Part shown: piece by piece, positions 1-8,908 of the stretch
How positions within the stretch are numbered: position 1 is the first letter of the stretch
How the letters are laid out: each line of letters begins with the position of its first letter
IMG/VR virus record: IMGVR_UViG_3300011339_001202
Span: 5,099 to 69,098 of that record
Reading direction: 5' to 3' (one strand)
DNA: 64,000 bases
Source of the DNA: a virus
Taxonomy: Duplodnaviria; Caudoviricetes
The notes under the pieces: model-generated
Told to the model about the DNA's origin: nothing
Database searches by the model: none
The model's input: the letters and a program-made list of their open reading frames with translations, nothing else
Translations under genes and position numbers: made by a program

Positions 1-10
1 CATTGTCAAT

Positions 11-328
11 ATGGACAGGGTTATATCCATGTCCGAGAGAAAGGGAATGTTTTACCTCGAAATGGAGGAGAGCAAGGAGGCCCTGTTAAGAAGGTCTCAC
101 CCTTACGCATACATGATTCAGGCAAACGACAAGAAGCTACCCAAGGAAGACTTAGCCAACACCAGCGACCAGCAGAAGTGGATAGATAAAATAATCACCA
201 CATACAGCGATTGCAATGCAATTTCTGACATGGTGTTTGAGAAAACTGGAATCAAGCTTACCACAAGGGACATTAGACAGCGTTACAAAAGGATTAAATA
301 TGAACATGACGAATCGACACAGAAATGA
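11..328 (+). CDS. hypothetical protein (105 aa)
   Basis: ORF in a tightly packed + strand operon; no recognised motif. Confidence 0.5.
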   Translation: MDRVISMSERKGMFYLEMEESKEALLRRSHPYAYMIQANDKKLPKEDLANTSDQQKWIDKIITTYSDCNAISDMVFEKTGIKLTTRDIRQRYKRIKYEHDESTQK

Positions 329-638
329 CTTTGCTAAATTCTCTTGCTTTGTTAAGGGAGTTTTGGTTACGGCAGAGGTGATACAGAGGAGCGACAAGAA
401 GCTTACTCATCTCTCAAAGATGTATTTTAATCAGGTGCTTGCTGCCTGTACTAAGTTTGAAAAGTTCTTGCACCAAGGGCTGGGCTCCGAGACCGCAGAC
501 CACGAGGACGAGATCAATGGCTCCATTGTGGGCATGGTGTGGAACCTGTTTGAGATGACCCCCGAGGAGAGGGAGCAGTTCATCGACCACATAAACGAAT
601 TTGAATTTAAACCAGCTATAGAAAATGATCAAAATTGA
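300..638 (+). CDS. hypothetical protein
   Basis: ORF 216..638; ATG at 300 (MNMTNRH...) chosen to limit overlap with the upstream gene. Confidence 0.5.
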   Translation: MNMTNRHRNDFAKFSCFVKGVLVTAEVIQRSDKKLTHLSKMYFNQVLAACTKFEKFLHQGLGSETADHEDEINGSIVGMVWNLFEMTPEEREQFIDHINEFEFKPAIENDQN

Positions 639-852
639 AGAGAAGGTTCCGATGCCAGTGATTGGTAGCCGGGGGAGGCAGCGCATCTACCCATTTGAAT
701 TAATGTCCAAGGGAGATAGCTTCTTTATACCTGAAAAAACTCCTGCACAATTGAGCAGCGTGGCCTACAACTGGGCCAAGAGGCATGCCCCAGAGGCAAA
801 GTTTATAGCAAAGAGAGAGAAGAACGGGGCTCGAATCTGGCGTTACCAATGA
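625..852 (+). CDS. small basic putative DNA-binding phage protein
   Basis: YPFELMSKGDSFF...F..KREKNGARIWR pattern of a widespread small phage family. Confidence 0.55.
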   Translation: MIKIEEKVPMPVIGSRGRQRIYPFELMSKGDSFFIPEKTPAQLSSVAYNWAKRHAPEAKFIAKREKNGARIWRYQ

Positions 853-1235
853 AACAAGAAGTTGAAATGGTGAAGGCTTTCCAAAGAGCCTACGGACATC
901 CGGTTGCCGATAATCCTAAATACTTGTCTGTGGATCGATGCCTGATGCGGCACAATCTTTTGCACGAAGAGGTGAGCGAGCTTCTCGGAGCAATGATAAA
1001 AAAGGACTTGGTCGAGGTGGCCGATGCCATAGCAGATTGCTTCTACATTCTCTTCGGAACAGCCGTTGAGTTTGGTATAGCAGACAAGATGGAGGAGGTG
1101 TTTCACGAGGTACACAGGTCAAACATGAGCAAGCTGGACGATGATGGCATGCCTATTTACAGAGAGGATGGAAAGGTGATGAAGGGCCCTAACTACAAGA
1201 AGCCAGAACTAACCCCAATAATTTTTTCAAAATGA
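849..1235 (+). CDS. MazG-like / DR2231-type NTP pyrophosphohydrolase
   Basis: EEVSEL, EVADAIADCFY, EVHRSNMSKL, REDGKVMKGPNY motifs. Confidence 0.88.
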   Translation: MKQEVEMVKAFQRAYGHPVADNPKYLSVDRCLMRHNLLHEEVSELLGAMIKKDLVEVADAIADCFYILFGTAVEFGIADKMEEVFHEVHRSNMSKLDDDGMPIYREDGKVMKGPNYKKPELTPIIFSK

Positions 1236-2026
1236 TAGAAGCAGAAATTGTAGCAGACAGCATGAACATGGGCGGAGAGCGCATCACCACCTTTGTTCTC
1301 ACATTCCCACGAATTATCCTGTCCGAATTCAACACTCACAGGATGTTCTCCCGAAATTCGGCCAGCAGCAGGGCTATTCCCTTTGCAAAGATGGTGGAAT
1401 CGGTAACAGAGAATCCTTTTATCCCGGTGGCTTGGCAGAAGTCTCACAGGGGAATGCAGGGCAGCGACTACCACAACGAGGAAGAATCAAAGTGGCTTGT
1501 CTTTAGATGGCTAACTGCCAGAGATAATGCCGTGAAGCAGGCCCAAGCCCTGAACGATTTAAATGTCAGCAAGCAAATCTGTAACAGATTGCTGGAGCCG
1601 TTCATGTGGCAGAGGGTAATATGCACATCCACATCGGAGGGCCTGAATAACTTTTTCGATCTAAGGTCGAATGAGGCTGCAGAGATTCACATACAGGAGC
1701 TGGCATTAAAAATGCAGGAAGCACTTCTAATGAGCAGCCCGGTTGCCATCGAGGATGGACAATGGCATTTGCCATTCGGGGAGTCAATAGAAGATGCTGT
1801 TGCCTCCTGCGCCAGAGTCTCTTACACAACTGTAGGAGACCACAAAAAGTTCACAAAGGAAGAGAATATATCCTTGTGTAAAAAACTTTATGAAAGCAAT
1901 CATGCCAGCCCGTTTGAGCATGTTGCCATGTCGGCCTCAGACAACAACTATTATTACAATCTAAGGGGATGGATGTCCCTAAGGTATTTAAATGACACAC
2001 TTGATGGAGGGCTTGATATCGGTTGA
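1232..2026 (+). CDS. thyX: flavin-dependent thymidylate synthase (Thy1/ThyX, phage type)
   Basis: EFNTHRMFSRNSASSRAIP, CARVSY, HASPFEH motifs. Confidence 0.88.
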   Translation: MIEAEIVADSMNMGGERITTFVLTFPRIILSEFNTHRMFSRNSASSRAIPFAKMVESVTENPFIPVAWQKSHRGMQGSDYHNEEESKWLVFRWLTARDNAVKQAQALNDLNVSKQICNRLLEPFMWQRVICTSTSEGLNNFFDLRSNEAAEIHIQELALKMQEALLMSSPVAIEDGQWHLPFGESIEDAVASCARVSYTTVGDHKKFTKEENISLCKKLYESNHASPFEHVAMSASDNNYYYNLRGWMSLRYLNDTLDGGLDIG

Positions 2027-2237
2027 GGATGGAGAATACATTGTTGATGGATTTCGCCTACATCCCTCTCAATCATGGCCACTTATGACGGATTTATCCA
2101 ACAAATGGGTTGACCATCGGGACATCTTTAACAAGGCCCACAAATACACTTTAGAATACAATTCCGGAGAGGGGCCTTGGCTCTACGCAGTTGTAGAAGG
2201 GCTAAGAGACCAACGAAATTATGATTTAGAATGGTAG
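1992..2237 (+). CDS. hypothetical protein
   Basis: coupled ORF in the operon; start uncertain. Confidence 0.45.
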   Translation: MTHLMEGLISVEDGEYIVDGFRLHPSQSWPLMTDLSNKWVDHRDIFNKAHKYTLEYNSGEGPWLYAVVEGLRDQRNYDLEW

Positions 2238-2455
2238 GCAAACTAACAAAAGACGAGAACGGCTGGTGCATTATTCACGAAGAAGCTGCAGGCCCTTATG
2301 TATGGGTGAGCCCCTATAAGCTTGCCCCGGATCAGGAATTTCCTCAGGAATGGAAAGAAGGAGATGTTATTGAATTTAAACTTGATGCGCCCTCCTTCGA
2401 CACCATTACCATAACAGACAAGAATTATCAAACAGCAAAAATAGACATCGTATGA
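2231..2455 (+). CDS. hypothetical protein
   Basis: coupled ORF, 74 aa. Confidence 0.5.
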   Translation: MVGKLTKDENGWCIIHEEAAGPYVWVSPYKLAPDQEFPQEWKEGDVIEFKLDAPSFDTITITDKNYQTAKIDIV

Positions 2456-2619
2456 CAAGAAGACAATTTGAAAAGGGCATGCAATTGATACTGGCAGCCC
2501 TAAGAAGTAGAGAGAAGTTACATCAAGTGGCCATCATGAGTCCGGAATGGAGGAAATTTTACACGGCGGAGTACAACTTTAACCTTTCTAAAAAATGCAA
2601 ACTGAAAGCAAAAAGATAA
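2452..2619 (+). CDS. hypothetical protein (55 aa, below the track cutoff)
   Basis: ATGA overlap with upstream stop; MTRRQFEKGMQLIL...KLKAKR*; fills the operon gap. Confidence 0.45.
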   Translation: MTRRQFEKGMQLILAALRSREKLHQVAIMSPEWRKFYTAEYNFNLSKKCKLKAKR

Positions 2620-2885
2620 CCTACTTTCAGGGAGGGGTTGAAGGACTGCATGCAGGCACTGGTCTTCAATGGGTTAGGTTCTTAAAAGACATGCCTAAGC
2701 GCAACATTAAGGAGGGGCAGATATCCAAGGCTCATGTACAAAAAATGAAATACATTGATGGCATACAGGTGTATCCTGTATACGGGGAGCCTGCTTATCA
2801 GTTTAGCGTAGGGAGCGAGGAAGAGCTGCTGGAAATTCTGGAACCATTGACACCGGAAGAGGCCGAGGCCTACCACCAGCGATAG
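2595..2885 (+). CDS. hypothetical protein
   Basis: last + strand ORF before convergence with the structural block. Confidence 0.5.
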   Translation: MQTESKKITYFQGGVEGLHAGTGLQWVRFLKDMPKRNIKEGQISKAHVQKMKYIDGIQVYPVYGEPAYQFSVGSEEELLEILEPLTPEEAEAYHQR

Positions 2886-3376
2886 AATCCATTGCAGGCA
2901 TTGTATTCTCTTGTGAGATGGCCTGCCTTCGATCTGCGAGACTCTCGGTCTCCTCTGGAATTAATATTCCCCTCAAAGCTCATAAAGAAACTTTCCTCTG
3001 GGTAGGTGCGGAACACAATACCAACATGTCCAATCCTGCCCAGAGCTTTGTTGTAAATTGTGAAGTGATCCGGAGAAAGAACAATCTCCTTAGGGACACG
3101 CCTCTCTGGCTTAGCCCAAGACATAGCCATTCCATTCACGCCCCTATGCGGAACGCCACACTTCTTCCAGAGGTATATAAGAGTGTAGCTGCACCAAGCC
3201 TGTCCCGGAGTTCCTCCAGCAAAGCGTATAATAGAATCAACCTTAGGCCCACGATTATTTACGGGGCCCTCACGGGTTCCTACAAGAAGTTTTGCCTGTT
3301 GCTTAATGCAATCTACTTGAGCGACACCAAGGCCGCTATAAGCAAGTGCAAGGCATAAGAGAAGAGTGCGAGCCAT
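2870..3376 (-). CDS. CHAP-family peptidoglycan hydrolase (endolysin candidate) with signal peptide
   Basis: N-terminal hydrophobic signal; NNRGPKV, AWCSY (Cys), GHVGIV (His), SFEGN. Confidence 0.75.
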   Translation of the reverse strand: MARTLLLCLALAYSGLGVAQVDCIKQQAKLLVGTREGPVNNRGPKVDSIIRFAGGTPGQAWCSYTLIYLWKKCGVPHRGVNGMAMSWAKPERRVPKEIVLSPDHFTIYNKALGRIGHVGIVFRTYPEESFFMSFEGNINSRGDRESRRSKAGHLTREYNACNGFYRWW

Positions 3377-3681
3377 AATGTCTGGAAATGATTATCCTTT
3401 GTAATGTTGTCTCGCAGCTTGCCGTTGGCCCGGTCTCCAAACACAGCCTTAAATAGCTGTGGAGTGTTGATCCGGAAGCCAAGCGTTCCAATCACCACCA
3501 CCATATAATATCTGGAGGGAATGGAAAGCATGTCTACATACCTACCAATTGGATACAGGGCTGCGGCCTCGTCATGCAGCCATACACTTACATAATTGTA
3601 AATGAGAATAAAGCCAAGGAAATAAACCGGAGCCAGTAGGCCCTCGTGCCATTCCACTAAAAAGTCTTTTATTTTATTCAT
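3313..3681 (-). CDS. multi-TM membrane protein, holin candidate
   Basis: three hydrophobic segments; directly upstream of the CHAP lysin. Confidence 0.5.
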   Translation of the reverse strand: MNKIKDFLVEWHEGLLAPVYFLGFILIYNYVSVWLHDEAAALYPIGRYVDMLSIPSRYYMVVVIGTLGFRINTPQLFKAVFGDRANGKLRDNITKDNHFQTLWLALFSYALHLLIAALVSLK

Positions 3682-3853
3682 TTTCCTTGACCTCTATATT
3701 TTTTTGGTCTGCTTACCTTTGGCCCAAAAGTTTTTTGAGCCTTGCCCCTCCTTCTTACTCCGAAGTTAATTTTGGCTGTAGATTCTTTACCCTTTTTCAT
3801 TATAAAATTTATTTATTCCCTGCAAAGGTTTGTAGAAGTAGTTGACTTTCTTG

Positions 3854-5164
3854 TCATTGATTAAAAAAGTTTTTTATGGTATCCAAAAAAGTTGGAACCG
3901 CTCCTTGCCCCTGAAGCCTATTACTTCTTCTTCCTCGGCCTGCCTGACCGGGGTCGTTATTCGGTCTGTTATTACTTGTACCGAACGACACCCTTGTCGT
4001 GCTTTCTTGTTTTGGTACTCTTTGAGCTGGCCTTGCAACAGGCTGTACAATGGCAGGAGTTGGCGTTCCACCAGCTTCAGGAGGAAGCATTCTTTTGCTA
4101 TAACCCGGAACGCTTACGAGGTCTGGAGTAAGGCCATCCTTTGTGCGTTGCCTGTACAAATACATTGTGTCTGGCTGAATCCTTGCATCATACAGAGAAA
4201 TTGGCGTTGTGGGGTTGATAATTTGAGCCTCAATTTCCCTTTGCTCAAATTTTTCAGGACTCACTTGCCGAGCGTAATCACCAATAGGTAAAATGCCTTT
4301 TGTCCTACCTTGATCAGAATCCAGTATTGTTTTAAAGTTCCTACTTTCCCTATCGGCTATAGAATTACGAGCGTTCTGTAGTTTGGCAAAAGCTGCATCG
4401 ACAGGCATGCTTTTCTTCCTTGACTTGGTTTCGTCTGCCTCGTACATTCGTTTTCCACGACTATCACGGGCATTCTCCATAGCCATTCTTACAGCTTCGC
4501 TTCGTGCCACGACATCTGCTGTGTCCTGCCTTGTAGGAGGGATAATTCCACCAATAGGAACAAAGCTGGCAGGAGGATTGTTAAGATTGCCCAAAACGGA
4601 GATATTCTTTTTTTCATCTTCTCCTAAAGGAGGCGTAATAAGCATCCCCTCCTCGGCCTTCTGCTTTTCCTTCTTCTTCTTTTCCTGATAATAATTGAAC
4701 GGAACTAATGGCCCAACCGGAAACATGCTAAACTTTTTTGTCTCCACTACCTTAGGCTTATCCATTGAAGGTGTTTTCACCTCCACCCTTGTAGCATCAA
4801 CGGCCATTTCCTTTACAGGAGGCTTTATCATCATGCCATCATCGGCCTTAGCTGTCTTTGCTGCCTGCTTAAATTGGCCTGCTGTCGGGGCCCCTGCCTC
4901 TCCGGGGCTACGCATACGCTCTCCGCTTCCGGCAGCTATACGCTCACGCTTAGCATGAATGTTGGCATACAATCCATCTCCGGCCTTCTGGTTGTCGTAC
5001 TTAAACTCCTTTAAGGAATCCACATACTTATCTACCAAGCCGTGCCTGCCGGACTCAATTTGCTCCTTAACCCAAGAAACTTTCTCCTTAGGAATCACGG
5101 CCATCAGGCCCTTTGATGATTTGATGAGGATTTCTTTTCCCTCTACTTCAAGTTTATTAGCCAT
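3854..5164 (-). CDS. virion-associated/cargo protein containing a GLYANIHAKR small-protein module
   Basis: N-terminal LEVEGKEILIKS..IPK...VDKYV motif; repeated KAxDG/KAEEG; in-frame GLYANIHAKRERIAAGSGERMR module. Confidence 0.55.
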   Translation of the reverse strand: MANKLEVEGKEILIKSSKGLMAVIPKEKVSWVKEQIESGRHGLVDKYVDSLKEFKYDNQKAGDGLYANIHAKRERIAAGSGERMRSPGEAGAPTAGQFKQAAKTAKADDGMMIKPPVKEMAVDATRVEVKTPSMDKPKVVETKKFSMFPVGPLVPFNYYQEKKKKEKQKAEEGMLITPPLGEDEKKNISVLGNLNNPPASFVPIGGIIPPTRQDTADVVARSEAVRMAMENARDSRGKRMYEADETKSRKKSMPVDAAFAKLQNARNSIADRESRNFKTILDSDQGRTKGILPIGDYARQVSPEKFEQREIEAQIINPTTPISLYDARIQPDTMYLYRQRTKDGLTPDLVSVPGYSKRMLPPEAGGTPTPAIVQPVARPAQRVPKQESTTRVSFGTSNNRPNNDPGQAGRGRRSNRLQGQGAVPTFLDTIKNFFNQ

Positions 5165-6197
5165 TGATTCCGTATTTACTTAGATAGTCCATTGCGTTCT
5201 GCTGTAGCGTGGGCTGGTTCCAGAAGATTGATGTGTCATCAGATCCCTTAGTATATCCATCTACAACTCCCTTCTGCTCGGCATTCTCCTGAGACAAGGC
5301 ATTCTTATACTGGCCAAATGTGCTTATCATATTCGGGGCCGTGTAAGGCGTAACCTGACGAACGGCCTGCTGGAAATCCCCCACCGGAGTGGCAGACTGA
5401 GGAGCAATCATTTGACTTGCCGCCTGTATCAACGGAGCTGCCTTGTTTATCTTTCCAGCTTTTTCAGACAAGTTGCTTAGCTTGGTTAGGGTGTCCAGCT
5501 TCGAGGCTTGGCTTGCGGCTTCTTTTGCATTGCCTGCTGCCTTAGCTGCATCTCCTGCGGCCTTGGCCCCCTTAATTCCCTCTCCATATCCGGCATTACC
5601 AACGGCCATCCCGGCAATGTTGCCTGCCAGAGGAAGATATGTACCTACGCCCTGAGCAAACTTGCTGTCCGGAGATCCTGCAGAGACACCAGCACCGACA
5701 CCCTTAGCTCCTTGTTGAATAGCCGTCCCTGTTGATGCGCCCCCCGAGAGAATCCCCCCGGTTATGGCCCCTGCCGTTGTTGCGTATCCTCTTATCGAGT
5801 TCTGTTCCCTCATCTCGCTTGCCGAGGAGCCACCAGCCCTTTGCAAGGCATTGTATCCCAAATCTGTCAACTGGTCTGTTGCGCCTAAGGTTAAAGTATC
5901 TAACAATCCTTCCCCAGCACCATAAGCTCCGGCTCCTAAACTTTTCCAAAATCGTCCATTTTTAGCAATATCATCGGCCTCCTCGTCATTGTGCATTTTA
6001 CGCACATACCCCTCACCTACCTCCAGAGTAATGCCTCCATCCTTATGGCTCTTTCCATTGAACTCCTGAACCACCTCCCACTTGCCTCCCGGAACAAACG
6101 AGCTTTTCTCGGAAGTTCTCATCACCTTGCCTGCCATAGCATATTGCATAGACTTTATTTCACGGGCCTTGTCGAAGATGGTAGGAGTATTATTCAT
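5157..6197 (-). CDS. putative ejected/cargo virion protein
   Basis: GKSHKDGG motif plus a long Gly/Ala-rich region, as in cargo genes of crAss-like phages. Confidence 0.5.
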   Translation of the reverse strand: MNNTPTIFDKAREIKSMQYAMAGKVMRTSEKSSFVPGGKWEVVQEFNGKSHKDGGITLEVGEGYVRKMHNDEEADDIAKNGRFWKSLGAGAYGAGEGLLDTLTLGATDQLTDLGYNALQRAGGSSASEMREQNSIRGYATTAGAITGGILSGGASTGTAIQQGAKGVGAGVSAGSPDSKFAQGVGTYLPLAGNIAGMAVGNAGYGEGIKGAKAAGDAAKAAGNAKEAASQASKLDTLTKLSNLSEKAGKINKAAPLIQAASQMIAPQSATPVGDFQQAVRQVTPYTAPNMISTFGQYKNALSQENAEQKGVVDGYTKGSDDTSIFWNQPTLQQNAMDYLSKYGING

Positions 6198-6778
6198 TTC
6201 ACCATTACTGATTTAAGTTCTGTAAAAGATCCGTTGGGGTTGGACATGAAGGCATTTGTGACCAATGGTCTCTTCTCCCACACCTTCCACCAGCTCTTGC
6301 GCTTGCCCTTGCTCACAGCAATTCTGATTGTGTCCTGAAAGAATATCTGTCCCTTCAGGCTGTCGTTCTGGGTGAAGAGCATGCCCTTATACCTGCCCTC
6401 TATGTGGTAAATCTTTTCCACCTTGTTAATAATAACCGTGTCCTTAGACTTCACCACAATGGGAATGTTATATTTTGTTCCGGCCTTGGCGTAGCTCTCG
6501 ATTCCGTTAAGCTTAACGCCAAAGCTGGTCTTGATGTCCTTTATCTCATTTGATAGCATCATCTTTGAGGTGTTGCCCGATAGGACAATCGTCTCGGTCT
6601 GGGCCCTCATCTGGTTGTAATTGTTTCTGGTCGTATCGAAGGAAGCCTTTAAGGCCCCGTTTAACCCGGACACATCTTGCCTGAGCTCCTTATTCTCCAC
6701 GCTAAGTAGGTGGTGGTTGTAGGCAATCGCACCAAGGATGGCGGCCAGAATAACTAATATGATGCTATTTGCTCTCAT
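6194..6778 (-). CDS. spanin-like protein (N-terminal TM, coiled coil)
   Basis: probable start MRANSIILVILAAILGAIA; coiled coil; C-terminal KRKSWWKVWEKR. Confidence 0.55.
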   Translation of the reverse strand: MRANSIILVILAAILGAIAYNHHLLSVENKELRQDVSGLNGALKASFDTTRNNYNQMRAQTETIVLSGNTSKMMLSNEIKDIKTSFGVKLNGIESYAKAGTKYNIPIVVKSKDTVIINKVEKIYHIEGRYKGMLFTQNDSLKGQIFFQDTIRIAVSKGKRKSWWKVWEKRPLVTNAFMSNPNGSFTELKSVMVK

Positions 6779-7022
6779 TCTCTTCTTGTTCAGCCTTACC
6801 AAACCAGCTCTTGAAAATTGGAATAAGTCTTGCCACGCCATACAGCACAGCAATAATGTTAAGAAGAAGCTGAAGAACGGGGTTCCATTCCTCGGCCATG
6901 GTTGTGAGCCAGCCGTGCAATGGCTCGTAGAAAGCTACATACAGAACTAAAGGACTATCCTTTACCAGTTCTAATGCAAATAGCTTTGTGTCCAGAATAT
7001 CATTTATTCCATGAATTTTCAT
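6765..7022 (-). CDS. small membrane protein, holin-like
   Basis: hydrophobic helices and charged C-terminus; adjacent to the spanin-like gene. Confidence 0.4.
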   Translation of the reverse strand: MKIHGINDILDTKLFALELVKDSPLVLYVAFYEPLHGWLTTMAEEWNPVLQLLLNIIAVLYGVARLIPIFKSWFGKAEQEENESK

Positions 7023-7215
7023 TTATGTTCCTGCTGAGTGGTTTGAAAGAATAAAAACATGTCCAGTAGTAAAAGGAAACGAGGGCGGAGATGTAGAAGA
7101 TGGACTCTGTGCTTTTATTTATATCATCGCACAAATTGCAAACCCCCAGCAGCCCGGTAAAAACGGACAGGAACACTGTAAAACAATCCAGTATATCTCC
7201 GCCCACCCTTTTCAT
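7000..7215 (-). CDS. small two-TM membrane protein
   Basis: two hydrophobic stretches. Confidence 0.4.
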   Translation of the reverse strand: MKRVGGDILDCFTVFLSVFTGLLGVCNLCDDINKSTESIFYISALVSFYYWTCFYSFKPLSRNINENSWNK

Positions 7216-7218
7216 TTC

Positions 7219-7629
7219 CTATTTGTTCACGAAGAACGGGGAAAGAGCCTCCTCGACATCTTCCCACTTGTTGCCTGCCTGAGCCTGCTTTGGGAAAATG
7301 TTAAATAATTCAGCGTAATTCATTGGCTGAACATCGACATCTACCTCCTCTGTAAGCAATGCCTTGTAAGCCTTACGGAAAGCCTTTTCTCCCTCTGCGC
7401 TCCACTGAAGCTGCCCATCCTCACGCACAATCTTATTGCCCTCTTTGTAGCAATGATCAAGTCGTAGGTCTTCAACAGATTCTTGGAAGGATTCTACATG
7501 TGGTGTAAGCTTTTTTATAACCTTAGCAAGCTTGGCCACAGGGGCATAGTCCTCGGCAGACAATTGGAACTTTGCAACAGCCTCTTGGAAGCTTTGCATT
7601 ACAAGGATGTTTTTGTTAGTGACAATCAT
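7219..7629 (-). CDS. hypothetical helical protein (possible tail-fibre-associated chaperone)
   Basis: 136 aa; own TATATTTG box 19 nt upstream. Confidence 0.45.
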   Translation of the reverse strand: MIVTNKNILVMQSFQEAVAKFQLSAEDYAPVAKLAKVIKKLTPHVESFQESVEDLRLDHCYKEGNKIVREDGQLQWSAEGEKAFRKAYKALLTEEVDVDVQPMNYAELFNIFPKQAQAGNKWEDVEEALSPFFVNK

Positions 7630-7638
7630 ATAAATTAT

Positions 7639-7860
7639 TTATTTGTGCAAATATAATACCTGAAGGCTATCGTTTTTAAATTCTATACGATCAATCCTGC
7701 GATTTATTTTACCTCTCTCGGCTGTCAAGTTCCAGCAAATGCTCTCCAAGTCGTTCACTCTTTTCTCTAAGGAACTCTTTAGAACGCTGTCCCGATAAGC
7801 CTCGAGCGATATCAGGGTGAATAAAATCAAATAGATTAGGCTATCCCTCTCGAATTTCAT
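7639..7860 (-). CDS. hypothetical protein (N-terminal TM, coiled coil)
   Basis: ORF track; coupled to neighbours. Confidence 0.45.
   Translation of the reverse strand: MKFERDSLIYLILFTLISLEAYRDSVLKSSLEKRVNDLESICWNLTAERGKINRRIDRIEFKNDSLQVLYLHK
7648..7655 (-). promoter_or_regulatory. Bacteroidota -7 promoter box TATATTTG
   Basis: exact TAnnTTTG 19 nt upstream of ATG 7629. Confidence 0.5.
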
Positions 7861-8087
7861 TTTCTTGTATAGCTTACTGCCAAACTTTTAATAGACTTCT
7901 TTCCACGGCATCCCCAAGCCTTGCGTGAAAGAGCATTGGCACAGGGAGGATTGGCGCACTTCTTTATACCAGAGGATCTGGCACAATAGTTATCGCCCTT
8001 TGGTGTCCCCGGAGAAATGGAATAGCCCTTTGCCCCGAAGGAACGGGTCTTGCCATCAATCGTTGCTGTGAACTTTTTTTCTGCCAT
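7857..8087 (-). CDS. conserved small basic phage protein (YCARS family)
   Basis: SFGAKGY..SPGTPKGDNYCARSSG...SRKAWGC motif. Confidence 0.6.
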   Translation of the reverse strand: MAEKKFTATIDGKTRSFGAKGYSISPGTPKGDNYCARSSGIKKCANPPCANALSRKAWGCRGKKSIKSLAVSYTRK

Positions 8088-8508
8088 GATTTATGAATGT
8101 GTTTGCCGTAGCAAGCCACGGCTGTGGAAACTTAAAAATGTAAGCGAGGCTTTGAAAGCAATTTGTTGAGGCCATACTGCTGTAGCCCTGCGTTAAGTAT
8201 GTCCAATAGCCAGCGTCATACTTGTTGCCAAGGAGGCTGTTAAACCTATGCTCGCTATAGCCGTATATGTTTATGACAACAAACTTACGCTCCCTGAATA
8301 GCTGCTCTTCTTGCCACTTCTCTAATGTCTTTGTGACACGGAAGCCGGACACATCACTCTCGCAGATGTATAGTTTGTTGTTAAACGAGCGTACAAGTTG
8401 GCAATGGTTGTAAGGACTTTTCGTAGCCCATCTAATAGCCTTCCAATACAATTTCTGGAGCCATGTCCCCTTCTCATTTCTGACAAGTATGATGCTCCAG
8501 TCTTGCAT
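8056..8508 (-). CDS. permuted papain-like (YiiX/YebB-type NlpC/P60) amidase
   Basis: His-before-Cys order: SPYNHC, LLGNKYD, TNCFQSLA. Confidence 0.65.
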   Translation of the reverse strand: MQDWSIILVRNEKGTWLQKLYWKAIRWATKSPYNHCQLVRSFNNKLYICESDVSGFRVTKTLEKWQEEQLFRERKFVVINIYGYSEHRFNSLLGNKYDAGYWTYLTQGYSSMASTNCFQSLAYIFKFPQPWLATANTFINHGRKKVHSND

Positions 8509-8512
8509 GGCC

Positions 8513-8908
8513 TTAGTTAAATCTCCCTTCGGAATCTGCCCAAAGAATCTTTTGCTCCACCATATCAGCTATAACGACAGGCACTGAGAGCATCTGCATA
8601 TAATACTCGTACTCTGTCATCACCGCATCAGGAGAACCACAAGGCACAATCACTCCATTGGCATCCACACAAGTGGTGTTGTCGGCAATTAGAGGGACAA
8701 TCTTTGCAGGGATGATTGTGATGGGGGCATCTGTTGTAGGCTCAAAGTAATCCACTTGACAGATTAGATTTACAGCCTCCCCAATAAATGGCAATGCCCC
8801 AATATTAAGCGCAGCCATTGTTGCTGTCCTTTTGAACCCGTACACAGGCTCGTTGGAGATTGGTACTATAATTAAATTGTTGCTCATAATATTATGCGAT
8901 TGGTTCAA
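8513..8908 (-). CDS. hypothetical protein downstream of the tail fibre
   Basis: 131 aa ORF coupled to the tail fibre gene. Confidence 0.5.
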   Translation of the reverse strand: MNQSHNIMSNNLIIVPISNEPVYGFKRTATMAALNIGALPFIGEAVNLICQVDYFEPTTDAPITIIPAKIVPLIADNTTCVDANGVIVPCGSPDAVMTEYEYYMQMLSVPVVIADMVEQKILWADSEGRFN

